A stretch of DNA of 64,000 nucleotides, from NCBI GenBank assembly GCA_044220955.1, contig JBGAQA010000020.1, positions 1-64,000 on the forward strand. The letters run 5' to 3'. The stretch is from Sandaracinaceae bacterium. GTDB lineage: Bacteria > Myxococcota_A > Polyangia > Polyangiales > Sandaracinaceae. The notes beneath the pieces are model-generated. The model had not been told where the DNA came from, ran no database searches, and saw only the letters and a program-made list of their open reading frames with translations. This document shows, piece after piece, positions 17,687-27,912 of this stretch (its first letter is position 1; the number at the start of each line of letters is the position of its first letter). A program made the position numbers and the translations under genes.

Positions 17687-18751
17687 TTACCGGGCGGCCT
17701 TGGCGAGGCGCTCCTCGACCATCCGGTCGGCCACGCGCGCGGTCGTCTCGCCGCTCTTCTTCGCGCGCTCGCCGATCTCGTAGATGGTGTCGAAGATCCT
17801 CGAGACGCGCTGCCGCACCTTCTCCGGCTCGTAGGGAGCGCGGGTGCGCGCGAGCTCGTGCTCGGCGGCGACGTTGTAGAGCCCGCCCGCGTTGATCGCG
17901 TAGTCGGGCGCGTAGAAGATGCCGCGCGCGAGCAGCATCTCGCCATGGCGCGTCTCGGCGAGCTGGTTGTTCGCGGCGCCCGCGACCGCCTTGACCCGGA
18001 GCTGGGGGATCGTCGCGTCGTCGAGCACCGCGCCGAGCGCGCAGGGCGCGAAGACGTCCGCTTCGACCGCGAAGATCTCCTCGCTGGTCACGACGTTCGC
18101 GCCGAGCTCCTGCTTCACGCGGTCCGTGCGCGCCTTGTCCACGTCCGTGACCGTGAGCCGTGCGCCCAGCTGGTGGAGCTCCTTGCAGAGGTAGTATCCG
18201 ACGTGCCCCACGCCCTGCACGGCGACGTGGACGCCGTCGAGCGACTTGCGGCCCATCGAGAGCTGCACCGCCGCCTCGAGCCCGCGCCGCACGCCGAACG
18301 CGGTGAACGGCGACGGATCGCCCGACCCGCCGTTCTCCGCCCTCACGCCCGTCACGTGCGCGGTGACGGACCGGATCGTCTCCATGTCGGGCACGCCGGT
18401 GCCGCTGTCCTCCGCCGTGATGTAGCGGCCGCTCAGGCCGTCGACGAAGCGACCGAACGCGCGGAAGAGCGCCTCGCGATCGAACTTGCCCGCCGGCCTC
18501 AGGATCACGCTCTTGCCGCCGCCGTGGGGAATGTTCGAGATCGCCGCCTTGTACGTCATGCCGCGCGCGAGCCGCAGTGCGTCGATCAGCGCGAGCTCCT
18601 CGTGCGGGTACGGGATGAACCGGCAGCCTCCGAGGGAGGGTCCGAGGCGCGTGTCGTGGATCGCGACGATGGCGCGAAGGCCCGTCGCCGCGTCGCGCGC
18701 GAAGTGCGCCTCACCGAAATCGAGCGACGTCAGGTGCGAGAAGACGTTCAC
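17687..18751 (-). CDS. ldh: Leucine dehydrogenase (Glu/Leu/Phe/Val dehydrogenase)
   Basis: LGGCR, LARGMTYK, GGGKSVI, TAEDSGT, GDPSPFTA, QGVGHVG, GAANNQL, DYAINAGG. GGAGG RBS before GTG 18751. Confidence 0.93.
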   Translation of the reverse strand: MNVFSHLTSLDFGEAHFARDAATGLRAIVAIHDTRLGPSLGGCRFIPYPHEELALIDALRLARGMTYKAAISNIPHGGGKSVILRPAGKFDREALFRAFGRFVDGLSGRYITAEDSGTGVPDMETIRSVTAHVTGVRAENGGSGDPSPFTAFGVRRGLEAAVQLSMGRKSLDGVHVAVQGVGHVGYYLCKELHQLGARLTVTDVDKARTDRVKQELGANVVTSEEIFAVEADVFAPCALGAVLDDATIPQLRVKAVAGAANNQLAETRHGEMLLARGIFYAPDYAINAGGLYNVAAEHELARTRAPYEPEKVRQRVSRIFDTIYEIGERAKKSGETTARVADRMVEERLAKAAR

Positions 18752-18885
18752 GACGCAGCCTCCCTTGGACCGTCGGCGCTTACTCGGCGCGCGGATCGGC
18801 CGCAACGACGCAACGCGTCGGGCGATCCCTCGGGCCTGCCATCCAGGCATCGCGATTTTCCGCGAACCTGTGTAGCGTCGCCGCC

Positions 18886-19680
18886 GTGGTGCGCTCCGGA
18901 CTGTCGATCTTCGCGGCCCTGGTCCTGTGCGCAGTCGCACCCCACGCCGCCTGGGCGCAGAGCTCGGTCGCGGACGTCGTCCGCTGCCAGGACTTCGGCC
19001 TGGACGACGGGGACGTGAGCGCGCGCATCCACGACATCCGCGCGCGCATCGCGCACCACGAGCCGGACATGCGGCACTGGGTGACGGCGGTCGGCGTGCT
19101 GCACGGCGCGCTGATCGGCGCCGAGCTCGTGCTCACGTTCACCGCGAGCGGTGACGGCCCGCGCAACGAGGGCATCATCGGCACGCTCAGCTCGACCCTC
19201 GGGCTGGTCACGCTGCTCGCGTCGTTCCCGCCGCTCGTCGGGGCAGGCGGCACGCTCGACGGGATGCCCGAGGACACGCCGGAGCAGCGCGTCGCCAAGC
19301 TCGTGCGCGCCGAGCAGCTGCTGCGCGTGTCGGCCGAGGGCGTCGCGTTCGTGCGCGGGCCCGTCGCGTCGCTGCTCTCGGCCGGCTACGTCGGCGTCGT
19401 GGCGGGTGTGCTCCTGGCGTTGCCGCTGATCCCCTCGCTCCAGCTCTCGCCGCGCCCGACGGGCGCGTACGTCCTGGCCGCGGGTGGCGTCGTCCTCGGG
19501 CAGGGGCGCATCCTCGTGCATCCCGACGGCATCCTGCACGAGTGGCGACGCTACCGCGCGCTGCATCCGGACGCGGGGTGCGCCGCCCCCGTGGCGGCCC
19601 CGACGGCGTCCGTGCGCTGGGAGATCGGTCCCGCGGCCCTGCCGGCGGGGGGTGGCCTGGGCCTCTCGCTCACCTTCTGA
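18886..19680 (+). CDS. Hypothetical exported/membrane protein
   Basis: Signal peptide (AWA-Q), hydrophobic segments and C-terminal GLGLSLTF. Confidence 0.7.
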   Translation: MVRSGLSIFAALVLCAVAPHAAWAQSSVADVVRCQDFGLDDGDVSARIHDIRARIAHHEPDMRHWVTAVGVLHGALIGAELVLTFTASGDGPRNEGIIGTLSSTLGLVTLLASFPPLVGAGGTLDGMPEDTPEQRVAKLVRAEQLLRVSAEGVAFVRGPVASLLSAGYVGVVAGVLLALPLIPSLQLSPRPTGAYVLAAGGVVLGQGRILVHPDGILHEWRRYRALHPDAGCAAPVAAPTASVRWEIGPAALPAGGGLGLSLTF

Positions 19681-19700
19681 TGCGCGCTAGGCTGGGCTCG

Positions 19701-20375
19701 ATGGTGCGCTCGTGTTCGTCCGCGTTGGTCCTGGTCCTGCTCGTCGTCCTGCCGGCCTGCGCCTCGCACACCCGCCCGGGCCCGCTCTACGCCGGCCGCG
19801 CCGACGCCGAGCCCTCGATGGAGTGCCTGCCCGACCCCGACGTGACGGACGACCAGTTCACCGGGCACATGCAGCGAGGGCGCGAGCTTGCCCAGGCGTC
19901 GTTCGAGGTCCCGGACCCGGTCCTGCCACCCGACCACTCCGCGGGCGCGCTCACCGACTGGGCCGAGGGTCCGCTCCGCGCGTGGATCCAGCAGAAGACG
20001 CACGCCGTCGACGCGGCCCGTGAAGAGCTCGATCTCGCCGCGGAGGAGAACCATCGCCAGCGCATCATCGGAGGCGCGCTCGTGGGCCTGATGCACGAGG
20101 ACGTGGGGCGTGTGATCTCCTCCGTTCCAGCGCCCGACGATCTCGCGAGCGAGCCCGAGATCCTCGACGCGTTCCGGCTGGTCATCGACGGGCAAGCAGA
20201 GCCGTACTATCGGCTCGCGCGACAGGCGTACCGCGCGTGCGCCCTGAACGCGGTCTCGCCCGAGACGATGCAGCACTGGTCGTCGTTCTGCAGGCAGCGC
20301 ATGGACGGCCTGCCGGACGACGGCTCGATCGAGGACGCGCCCGAGGGCACGACCGTCGAGGTCATGCGCGAGTGA
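19701..20375 (+). CDS. Hypothetical lipoprotein
   Basis: Lipobox LPAC. ATG 19701 is preceded by TAGGCT; alternative ATG at 19680. Confidence 0.7.
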   Translation: MVRSCSSALVLVLLVVLPACASHTRPGPLYAGRADAEPSMECLPDPDVTDDQFTGHMQRGRELAQASFEVPDPVLPPDHSAGALTDWAEGPLRAWIQQKTHAVDAAREELDLAAEENHRQRIIGGALVGLMHEDVGRVISSVPAPDDLASEPEILDAFRLVIDGQAEPYYRLARQAYRACALNAVSPETMQHWSSFCRQRMDGLPDDGSIEDAPEGTTVEVMRE

Positions 20376-20472
20376 GCGGGTCCAGTGGGTCGGCTCGCCG
20401 CTCCGGCCCCTCCCGTCCGCGGGCTCTGCCCGCTCCCGTCCGGGACCTCCGTGGCGAGCACTCTCGCCGAGG

Positions 20473-21153
20473 TCAGAACACGTAGCGGAGGTACGGCCCG
20501 CCGTAGATCCCGATCGCGGTCTCGCCGTCGGCGCCGTTCAGGTTCGGCGCGAGGCGCGCGCCCGCGAGCAGGCCGAGCGAGGTGTGCCGGCTGTGGAAGT
20601 GAGCGTCGACCCCGATCTCGCCCCCGTAGGCGATGCCCGTGGTCGCGGCGTTCTGGATGCCGTAGATGGCCGGCGCGGGCGTCGTCGCGACGAGGACACC
20701 GACCTGCCCGGAGAGCCAGAGCCCGAGCTCCGCGCTCGGATTCACCTGCAGCTTCACCTCGCCCATGCCGCCCATGAGCTCGAAGACCGAGCGCGCCGGT
20801 GGCGCCGGAGCGTCCGTCTGGTGGATGGACATCTCGAAGAGGGCGCCCACCCAGAGCCAGTCGAAGATCTCGTAGCTCACGCGGCCGCCGAGCAAGAGGC
20901 CCGGGTCCGAGATGCGCCCGATGCCCCCGAGGAATCCGCGCGCCCCGAGGAGCACCTCGATCGTCAGGCCGTGCGCGTAGAGATCCCGCGTGACGTGGAT
21001 CGCCTCGGGCGGCAGCCGCTCGACGTCGAGGCGCGTGGCGTCGGGCTCCTCGGCGGACTCGGTCCGCGCCGCACCGTCCGGCGCGACGTCCTGCGCGAGC
21101 GCGGGTGCCGCGGTCAGGGCCGCGAGCGCGAGCACGAGGAACGGGATCCGCAC
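20473..21153 (-). CDS. Small outer-membrane beta-barrel protein
   Basis: Signal peptide ALA-Q, alternating amphipathic strands and terminal YLRYVF. Confidence 0.7.
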   Translation of the reverse strand: MRIPFLVLALAALTAAPALAQDVAPDGAARTESAEEPDATRLDVERLPPEAIHVTRDLYAHGLTIEVLLGARGFLGGIGRISDPGLLLGGRVSYEIFDWLWVGALFEMSIHQTDAPAPPARSVFELMGGMGEVKLQVNPSAELGLWLSGQVGVLVATTPAPAIYGIQNAATTGIAYGGEIGVDAHFHSRHTSLGLLAGARLAPNLNGADGETAIGIYGGPYLRYVF

Positions 21154-21185
21154 GGCGCGAGCCTATCGTCGGGCTCGAAGCCGGG

Positions 21186-22421
21186 TCAACGCGGAACCGC
21201 CGCGAGGCGCAGCTCCGGAACGAGGATCTTGCGGCGCCGCTCGCTCGCCATGAGCTTCTGCTGGAACGGGTTGTCCTCGCGCCACACGTCGCCCGCGAGG
21301 ACGCTCGTGAGGCCCTTGCGGAGGCTCGGATCCTGGTCGCGCGCGAAGAAGAGCCCGTGCAAGAGGCTCGTGTGGTACCAGCTGTTGATCAGCGTCGCGA
21401 ACACGTTGTAGGCGTGAGCGAGGTGCGTCGCGTGCGCGTCCATCAGGTCCGGGCGCGCCTCGCTCCCTTCGCGCAGCGCCGGGACCAGGCGATCGACGAG
21501 GTCCGCCGCGCCCACCATCCCGAGCGAGACGCCGCTCGAGAAGACCGGGTCGAGGAAGCACGCTGCGTCGCCCGCACAGGACCAGCGCGCTCCGTGCTGC
21601 ACGCGGTTGTGGAAGCTGAAGCTCGAGATCACACCCGGCTTGCGCGGCTGCGTCGCGCCACGCGTGACGCGCGAGAGCCAGGGCGAGCTCGCGATCATCT
21701 CGGGCAGCCACTCGGTCTTGATCCCCTTGCGGCGCGTGACGAGGCCCACGCTGATGCGTCGGTCGCCGAGCGGGATGCCCCAGCACCAGCCGTCGTCGAC
21801 GAAGATGACCTTGATGTTCCCGCGCGCCGTCTCGCACAGCTCGCGATCGATCCCCGGGTCGAGGTCGACGAAGTGCGAGAAGGTCGCGGCGAGCCCGAAG
21901 TCCTCGATCATGGTGTTGGTGCGGTCTCGCCGCCCGAAGAGCGCGTCCTGGCCCGTCGCGTCGACGACGTAGCGCGCGCGGTAGCTGCCGGCGGCGGAGC
22001 GTACGAGCACGTGATCGTCGGCGATCGTCACCTCCGTGACGCGCTCGCCCTGGCGGACCTCGGCCCCGAGCGTGTGCGCGTGCTCGAGCAGCCAGTGATC
22101 GAAGCGGGCGCGCTCGACCTGATACGCGTGGTCGGGCGTGCCGGGCAGGGCGTCGTCGAAGAGGTAGGCGGTGTGGCCGCCCACGCGCTCGTCGAGGAAC
22201 TCGGCCCCGGCTTTGTGCAGGTAGCCGGCCGCCTTCGGGTCGAGGCCGAGCCGCGCGAAGACCGCGAGGTCGCAGGGCAGCAGCGACTCGCCGATGTGGA
22301 AGCGCGGAAACGTCTCGCGCTCCAGGATCAGCGCCGAGACTCCCGCCTTCGCGAGCAGGCCTCCGACCGACGACCCCGCGGGGCCACCACCGACCACGAC
22401 CACGTCGACGCTGCGTTCCAC
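21186..22421 (-). CDS. FAD-dependent oxidoreductase, flavin-dependent halogenase family
   Basis: GGGPAG, FPRFHIGESLLP, YLHKAGA, WCWGIP (WxWxIP), GDAACFLDPVFSSGV. Start GTG 22421 or ATG 22466. Confidence 0.85.
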   Translation of the reverse strand: MERSVDVVVVGGGPAGSSVGGLLAKAGVSALILERETFPRFHIGESLLPCDLAVFARLGLDPKAAGYLHKAGAEFLDERVGGHTAYLFDDALPGTPDHAYQVERARFDHWLLEHAHTLGAEVRQGERVTEVTIADDHVLVRSAAGSYRARYVVDATGQDALFGRRDRTNTMIEDFGLAATFSHFVDLDPGIDRELCETARGNIKVIFVDDGWCWGIPLGDRRISVGLVTRRKGIKTEWLPEMIASSPWLSRVTRGATQPRKPGVISSFSFHNRVQHGARWSCAGDAACFLDPVFSSGVSLGMVGAADLVDRLVPALREGSEARPDLMDAHATHLAHAYNVFATLINSWYHTSLLHGLFFARDQDPSLRKGLTSVLAGDVWREDNPFQQKLMASERRRKILVPELRLAAVPR

Positions 22422-22497
22422 CCGCCAGATATGCAACACGCCGGGTCTTTGCGCATCGCCCGCCATGCGTTCACGATCGCCTTCCTCCGGAGGGGCC

Positions 22498-23778
22498 ATG
22501 CATCGCTTCATCGTGTCGTTCGCTCTCGTGCTCGGGCTCGTCCTGGGCGCGCCCTCGCTCGGCGCCGCGCAAGAGACCGAGCTGCCTCGGCTCCGTGAGG
22601 CGGCGCGCACGCAGGCGCGCGACTACGCGGCGCAGCGCGCCCTCGGAATCGCCCTGCTGCGGGCGGGGCACTACCGCGAGGCGACCACCCAGCTGCAGCG
22701 CGCCTCCCGGCTCCAGGCGCGCTCGCTCGAGGCGCTCTACGACGTCGCCCGCGTGCCCTTCGCGCAGGGCGATCACCGCGCGAGCGAGGCAGCGTGCCGG
22801 GCGATGGGCCGCCTGCAGAAGGCGGCCGTGCTCACTCAGGTCTGCAACGCGCGCGCGGATCTGGTCTGGAACCGCAGCGCGCGCGCTTTCGAGCAGCTCG
22901 AGGCCGCGCTCGCGCAGGAGGGGACGAACTACGAGGCGCTCCTCGCCCTCGGCGACGCGCACCGGCTCCGCGCGGCCGTGCCCGAGGCCGAGAGCGCCTA
23001 CCAGCGCGCGATCAGCGCGCGCTCGACCGAGCCCGACCCGCACCTGGGTCTCGGGCGGCTCTACGCGGCCGCCGGACGCCGCGACGACGCGCTCCGCGAG
23101 CTGCGCGCAGCGCTCGCGATCGACGCCGCCCACCCCGAGGTGCAGTTCGAGCTCGGGCGCTTGCTCACCGGCTCGGACGAGGGCCGCACGTTCCTGCAGG
23201 CGGCGGTCGCGGGCAGACCCGGCTGGCCCGAGGCCGACACGGCGCTCGGGGAGTCCATGCTCGCGTCGGGCTCGCTCGACGCGGCGGAGGCGGCGTTCCG
23301 CGCCGCGATCACCGCGCGCGCCGATCACGCCCCCGCCCACACGGGCCTCGGGCGCGTGCTGGTCGCGAGGGCCGACTTCGCGGGCGCGGAGCCCGAGCTG
23401 CGGCGCGCCATCGAGCTCGTTCCCAACGACCCGGCAGCGGCGCTCGCGCTCGGCGACGTGCTCGCGCACACGGAGAGGGAGGAGGAAGCGTTCGAGCAGT
23501 ACGATCACGCCGCCGATCTCGACCCCCACGGCTCGCAGGCGCTGATGCGCGCCGCAGCGCTCGCGCACACGATGCACCGCGACAGCCTGGCGTCGGCGTT
23601 CCTCGACCGACTCCTCGAGGGCCAGCCTACGTCGGCCTCGGCCCTCTCGCTCTACGGCGACATCGCGCGGGCACGGCACGAGACGTCGGCGGCGCGCGAC
23701 TACTACACACGCGCCCTCGCCGGTACGGGCGAGGTGGACCGATCCCACGTGGAACAGGCGCTTCGAGAGATTCATTAG
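22498..23778 (+). CDS. Exported tetratricopeptide repeat protein
   Basis: GGAGG RBS, signal peptide and multiple TPR-like repeats (ALLALGDAH, PHLGLGRLY, AHTGLGRVL). Confidence 0.88.
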   Translation: MHRFIVSFALVLGLVLGAPSLGAAQETELPRLREAARTQARDYAAQRALGIALLRAGHYREATTQLQRASRLQARSLEALYDVARVPFAQGDHRASEAACRAMGRLQKAAVLTQVCNARADLVWNRSARAFEQLEAALAQEGTNYEALLALGDAHRLRAAVPEAESAYQRAISARSTEPDPHLGLGRLYAAAGRRDDALRELRAALAIDAAHPEVQFELGRLLTGSDEGRTFLQAAVAGRPGWPEADTALGESMLASGSLDAAEAAFRAAITARADHAPAHTGLGRVLVARADFAGAEPELRRAIELVPNDPAAALALGDVLAHTEREEEAFEQYDHAADLDPHGSQALMRAAALAHTMHRDSLASAFLDRLLEGQPTSASALSLYGDIARARHETSAARDYYTRALAGTGEVDRSHVEQALREIH

Positions 23779-23825
23779 TCGAGAGATCCCGGGCGAGATC
23801 GATCTACAATCGGAGCCCTGTCACG

Positions 23826-24530
23826 ATGGACGACCGCACCAAGCAGATCCTCTCGCTCGGCCGTGAGCACTACGACAAGCGCGAGTTCGACAAGGCGGAG
23901 CACTACCTGCGGCAGGTCCTGGACCGCGGCGACAAGGGCTTCGCCGACGTCTACAACATGCTCGGCGTGATCCACCACGACCGCGGACGCTTCGACGAGG
24001 CGCAGGCGTCCTTCGAGGAAGCGCTCCAGATCAACCCGAATTACACGGAGGCGGCGCTCAACCTCGCGGTGACGTACAACGACCTCGGTCGATACGACGA
24101 GGCCAAGCGCATCTACGGCGCGGCCCTCTCGCGCGGAGACGCGACGCCCGGGCAGCTCGACCCCTTCGTGAAGGGCAAGATCGCGAACCTCCACGCGGAG
24201 GTGGCGCAGGCCTACGTCGATGCGGGGATGCCGGGCGACGCGATGCACGAGCTCCGCAAGGCCATCCTGCTCTGTCCGACGTTCGCCGATCTCCGGCTGA
24301 AGCTCAGCAACCTCTATCGGCAGACGGGCGATCTCGACGCGGCGAAGTTCGAGCTCGACGAGGCGATCGCGGCACGGCCGCGCTACCTTCCGGCCCACGT
24401 CGCGCTCGGCGTCACGCTGCTCAGCCAGGGCAACGCCAAGGCCGCGATCGCGGCCTGGGAGAAGGCCCTCGAGATCGACCCCGACCACAAGGCCGCCCAG
24501 ATGTACCTGCGCATGGCCAAGGGTGCGTAG
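23826..24530 (+). CDS. Cytoplasmic tetratricopeptide repeat protein
   Basis: MDDRTKQILSLGREHY...ADVYNMLGVI...ALQINPNYTEAALNLA, a TPR pattern. Confidence 0.9.
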   Translation: MDDRTKQILSLGREHYDKREFDKAEHYLRQVLDRGDKGFADVYNMLGVIHHDRGRFDEAQASFEEALQINPNYTEAALNLAVTYNDLGRYDEAKRIYGAALSRGDATPGQLDPFVKGKIANLHAEVAQAYVDAGMPGDAMHELRKAILLCPTFADLRLKLSNLYRQTGDLDAAKFELDEAIAARPRYLPAHVALGVTLLSQGNAKAAIAAWEKALEIDPDHKAAQMYLRMAKGA

Positions 24531-24594
24531 CGACGCAAAGGCGTCGAGCCGGACGAGGCACGTTCCCTCTCGCACTCGGTGGGAGAGGGCCGGG

Positions 24595-27138
24595 GTGAGG
24601 GCTCTGATCGCTCTGCTCGCGGTGACACCCACGGCGCTCGCCCACGCCCAGGACGAAGCCCGCCCGAACGTCGTCATCCTGCTCGCAGACGACCTCGGGG
24701 TCGGCGACCTCGGCTGCTACGGGCAGACGCGCATCCGCACGCCGCACATCGACGCGCTCGCGTCCGAAGGGGTTCGCATGCAGCGCGCGTACGCGGCCGG
24801 GCCGGTGTGCGCCCCGTCGCGCTGCGCGCTGCTCACGGGCTTGCACTCGGGACACTGCTCGGTCGATCACAACGACGAGCCGAACCTCCCGATCGGGCTC
24901 TCCGATCCGACGCTGGCCGAGATCCTCGCTCGCGCAGGCTATCGGACGGGGCTGGTCGGCAAGTGGGGGCTCGGCGGGGAGACCGACGAGGGTGCGCCCT
25001 TCGCGACCTTCTCGCTGCCGACGGAGATGGGATTCGAGCACGCGCTCGCGGTGCTCGACCAGGAGCGCGCGCAGGACCACTACCCCGAGCGCGTGTTCGA
25101 GGATGGGGCGTGGCGCGAGCTGCCCGGCAACGCCGGCGGGGCGCGCGGCACCTGGGACGACGACCTGTTCATCGAGGACGCCCTCTCGTTCGTCGACGCC
25201 GCGCGCGACGACGAGCGCCCGTTCTTGCTCTACTTCGCCAGCACGCTTCCACATCGCGAGCTCGATCCGCCGGTGATCTCGCGCGACGACGCGGGATGGC
25301 CCGACGCCGAGCGCGCGTACGCGACCATGGTCGAGCGCTTCGACGCCGACGTCGGGAGGATCGTCGAGCGCGTCGACGCCCTCTCCGGTCGCGACACGAT
25401 CGTGATCGTCGCCAGCGACAACGGCCCCGTCGGGGTCGACGGGCACGACACGGCCTTCTTCGGCTCGACCGCCGGCCTGCGCGGCCAGAAGCGGGATCTC
25501 TACGAGGGCGGCCTGCGGGTGCCGCTCGTCGTGCGCTGGCGCGGGCACCTCGAGCCGCGTGCACCCGCGGTGCCCGTCGCCCTCTACGACATCTTCCCGA
25601 CGATCGGCGACCTCGTCCGCGTGCCGGCGCCCGCCGGAATGGACGGCGTCGCGATCGGGCCGTGGCTGCGTGGCGAGCGCTGGGATGCGGTGCATCCACG
25701 GCTCTTCTTCTCGGCGCACGAGGCGAGCGGCGGCACCGAGTCGGTGACGCGCTTCGCCCTGCACGAGGGTGCCCTGGTCTTGATCGAACGCGCCGACGGT
25801 GTGCGCGAGCTCTACGACCTCGACGTCGATCCGGGTCAAGCGCACGACCTCGCGGGAGCGCGACCGGGCGACGTCGAGCGCCTGCACGAGGCGCGGCTCG
25901 CCGAGACCACGGGGCCGGTCGCGCGCGCGTTCCCGATCCTCGACGTGCGGGACGAGCAGGGCCACGCGATGAGCGGAGCCACGGCGGTCTCGTGCATGCA
26001 GGTGCTCGATCTGCGCGGCAGCGGCGACCCGCTCACGCTCGCGTCGGAGGCCCCGATCGAGCTCGCGATCACGGGCCACCTCGCCCGTGCCTCGGACGAC
26101 GCGATCGAGCTCCCGTCGGGCGCGTACGTGACCGTCGCCGCGCACCCGGCGCTCTCGCTCGGCCAGGAGACCTTCACGGTGCGGGCGCGCGTGCGCCTGG
26201 ACCACGTCGTGACCGGCGTGGCGACCACGCGGCAGGCACGCCGCTACCTCGCGTTGTCCAAGCCGGCGGGCACGCCGGACGCGTGGCTCGACTGGGGGCT
26301 GCTCGTGCAGGCGGGCGATCTGGCGCTCGCCGGCGACGCGGATGCGTCCGGCCACGAGCTCGCCTTCGTCTTCGCCAACCCCGACGTCGGCGGCCACGGT
26401 ACGTGGACCATCGTCACCCGCACGCTCGCGATCACCGACGGCGCGTGGCACGACGTGACGTTCCAGTACGACGCCGCTCGGGGCAGCGCGCTCGTCCAGC
26501 TCGATGGCCAGCGCGAGACCATCCCCGTCGTCGATCGCGGCCACGTACGGAGCGACGGTCCGCTCGTCGTCGGCGCGCACCACGACCTCCACGGGGCCTT
26601 CGACGGTTTCCTCGACGGCGCCATCGGCCGGCTCGAGGTCGCGCGAGGCCTCGCGGCCGCCGCCGAGGGGTGTCCCGGGCTCGCGGCGGCACGCACGCTG
26701 CGGGTCGACCTCGGCACGATCCCCGTCGGCGCCGAGGTGCATCGGCGCTTCGAGATCCAGAACGCAGCGCTCGCCCCAGCGCTCGCGATGGACGTCGTCG
26801 TGGACGTCGAACCGGACGACGATCGGATCCTCCTCGAGCTGCCGCGGGCGCACGCGCTCACTCCCGAGGCCGCCCCGTTGCCGCTGCTCGTCCGCGTCCG
26901 CGCGGATCGACCCGGACCCATCGACGCCTTCGTGCGGATCTCGGGGACGACCACGCACACGGCGCTCGATCCCAACCCTCGCGGCAGGGCGCCCCGCCTG
27001 GAGATCGTGGGGGAGGTCGTCGCCGCGGACCCGGACGCGAGCGAGGTCCCCGTGTGGCTGCCCTTCGTCGCGGCCGCGCTCATCGCGCTCGGGATCCGGA
27101 TGACGTTCGCCGCGCGCAAGACCGATCGCCCACGCTGA
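24595..27138 (+). CDS. Secreted Cys-type sulfatase with LamG-like domain and C-terminal membrane anchor
   Basis: Signal peptide, PNVVILLADDLG, CAPSRCALLTG, GKWGLG, SDNG, KRDLYEGG. LamG-like ITDGAWHDV...FDGFLDG, then a C-terminal TM and basic tail. Confidence 0.9.
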   Translation: MRALIALLAVTPTALAHAQDEARPNVVILLADDLGVGDLGCYGQTRIRTPHIDALASEGVRMQRAYAAGPVCAPSRCALLTGLHSGHCSVDHNDEPNLPIGLSDPTLAEILARAGYRTGLVGKWGLGGETDEGAPFATFSLPTEMGFEHALAVLDQERAQDHYPERVFEDGAWRELPGNAGGARGTWDDDLFIEDALSFVDAARDDERPFLLYFASTLPHRELDPPVISRDDAGWPDAERAYATMVERFDADVGRIVERVDALSGRDTIVIVASDNGPVGVDGHDTAFFGSTAGLRGQKRDLYEGGLRVPLVVRWRGHLEPRAPAVPVALYDIFPTIGDLVRVPAPAGMDGVAIGPWLRGERWDAVHPRLFFSAHEASGGTESVTRFALHEGALVLIERADGVRELYDLDVDPGQAHDLAGARPGDVERLHEARLAETTGPVARAFPILDVRDEQGHAMSGATAVSCMQVLDLRGSGDPLTLASEAPIELAITGHLARASDDAIELPSGAYVTVAAHPALSLGQETFTVRARVRLDHVVTGVATTRQARRYLALSKPAGTPDAWLDWGLLVQAGDLALAGDADASGHELAFVFANPDVGGHGTWTIVTRTLAITDGAWHDVTFQYDAARGSALVQLDGQRETIPVVDRGHVRSDGPLVVGAHHDLHGAFDGFLDGAIGRLEVARGLAAAAEGCPGLAAARTLRVDLGTIPVGAEVHRRFEIQNAALAPALAMDVVVDVEPDDDRILLELPRAHALTPEAAPLPLLVRVRADRPGPIDAFVRISGTTTHTALDPNPRGRAPRLEIVGEVVAADPDASEVPVWLPFVAAALIALGIRMTFAARKTDRPR

Positions 27139-27162
27139 GCCTTCTCGGCTCGCCGCTGCGGA

Positions 27163-27912
27163 TCAGCGCGCGCAGCGGAAGCCGACGTGCATCAGCGAGC
27201 TGTCCGGCGTCACGCCCTCGCGCGCGTCGATGCGGTAGCCGTGGCACACGTCGTGATCGCAGAGATACGAGCCGCCACGGATGACGCGCTGAGTCGCGTC
27301 GAACGCGCTGCTCGTCCACTGCCAGACGTTGCCGACCATGTCGACGAGGCCGATGGGCGTCGGCGGGAACGCGCCGACGGGCGACGCGTAGAGCCAGCCG
27401 TCCTCCATCGTGTTGGCGGTGGGGAACGGCCCCTGCCAGACGTTGGCGCGCCAGCGGCCGCCCTCGCGCAGGTCGTCGCCCCAGGGATACCTCGTGGCGT
27501 CACCCCGGCCGTTGCGCGCCGCGTGTTCCCACTCTCGTTCGGTCGGCAGGCGCGCGCCACGGGCGGCGCAGAAGGCGCTCGCGTCGTCCCACGAGATCTG
27601 TGTCGCGGGCTCGTCGTCCTCGGCGGGCTCGGCGTCCCTTCCGTGCGGGTGCTCGTACGTCGCTCCTTGCACGATGCGCCAGGTGCCCGTGCGCAGGTCG
27701 AGCACCGAGCCGCCGAGACGCTCCGCCGTCGTGGTCCGCCCGCTCGCGCGGAAGGCCGCGACCGTGACGGGCGTGCGATCGAGGAAGAACCTCGCGCCGG
27801 GGATCGCGATCATCCCCTGGGGCGCGGGCTCGGGCGGGGCCGGGGGCTCGGGCGCGGCCGCCTCGCCGCAGCCGAGCCCGAGCGCGACCACGATGAGTGC
27901 GAGACGCCTCAC
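27163..27912 (-). CDS. Formylglycine-generating enzyme (SUMF1/FGE), lipoprotein
   Basis: GTG 27912 overlaps the ABC stop; lipobox LGLGC; RLPTEREWEHAAR, ANVWQGPFP, DMVGNVWQW, RGGSYLCDHDVC, HVGFRC. Confidence 0.9.
   Translation of the reverse strand: MRRLALIVVALGLGCGEAAAPEPPAPPEPAPQGMIAIPGARFFLDRTPVTVAAFRASGRTTTAERLGGSVLDLRTGTWRIVQGATYEHPHGRDAEPAEDDEPATQISWDDASAFCAARGARLPTEREWEHAARNGRGDATRYPWGDDLREGGRWRANVWQGPFPTANTMEDGWLYASPVGAFPPTPIGLVDMVGNVWQWTSSAFDATQRVIRGGSYLCDHDVCHGYRIDAREGVTPDSSLMHVGFRCAR

Noticed and set aside
20473..21153. Assignment as gliding protein CglE
   Set aside because: Only a vague resemblance; it cannot be supported without a search.
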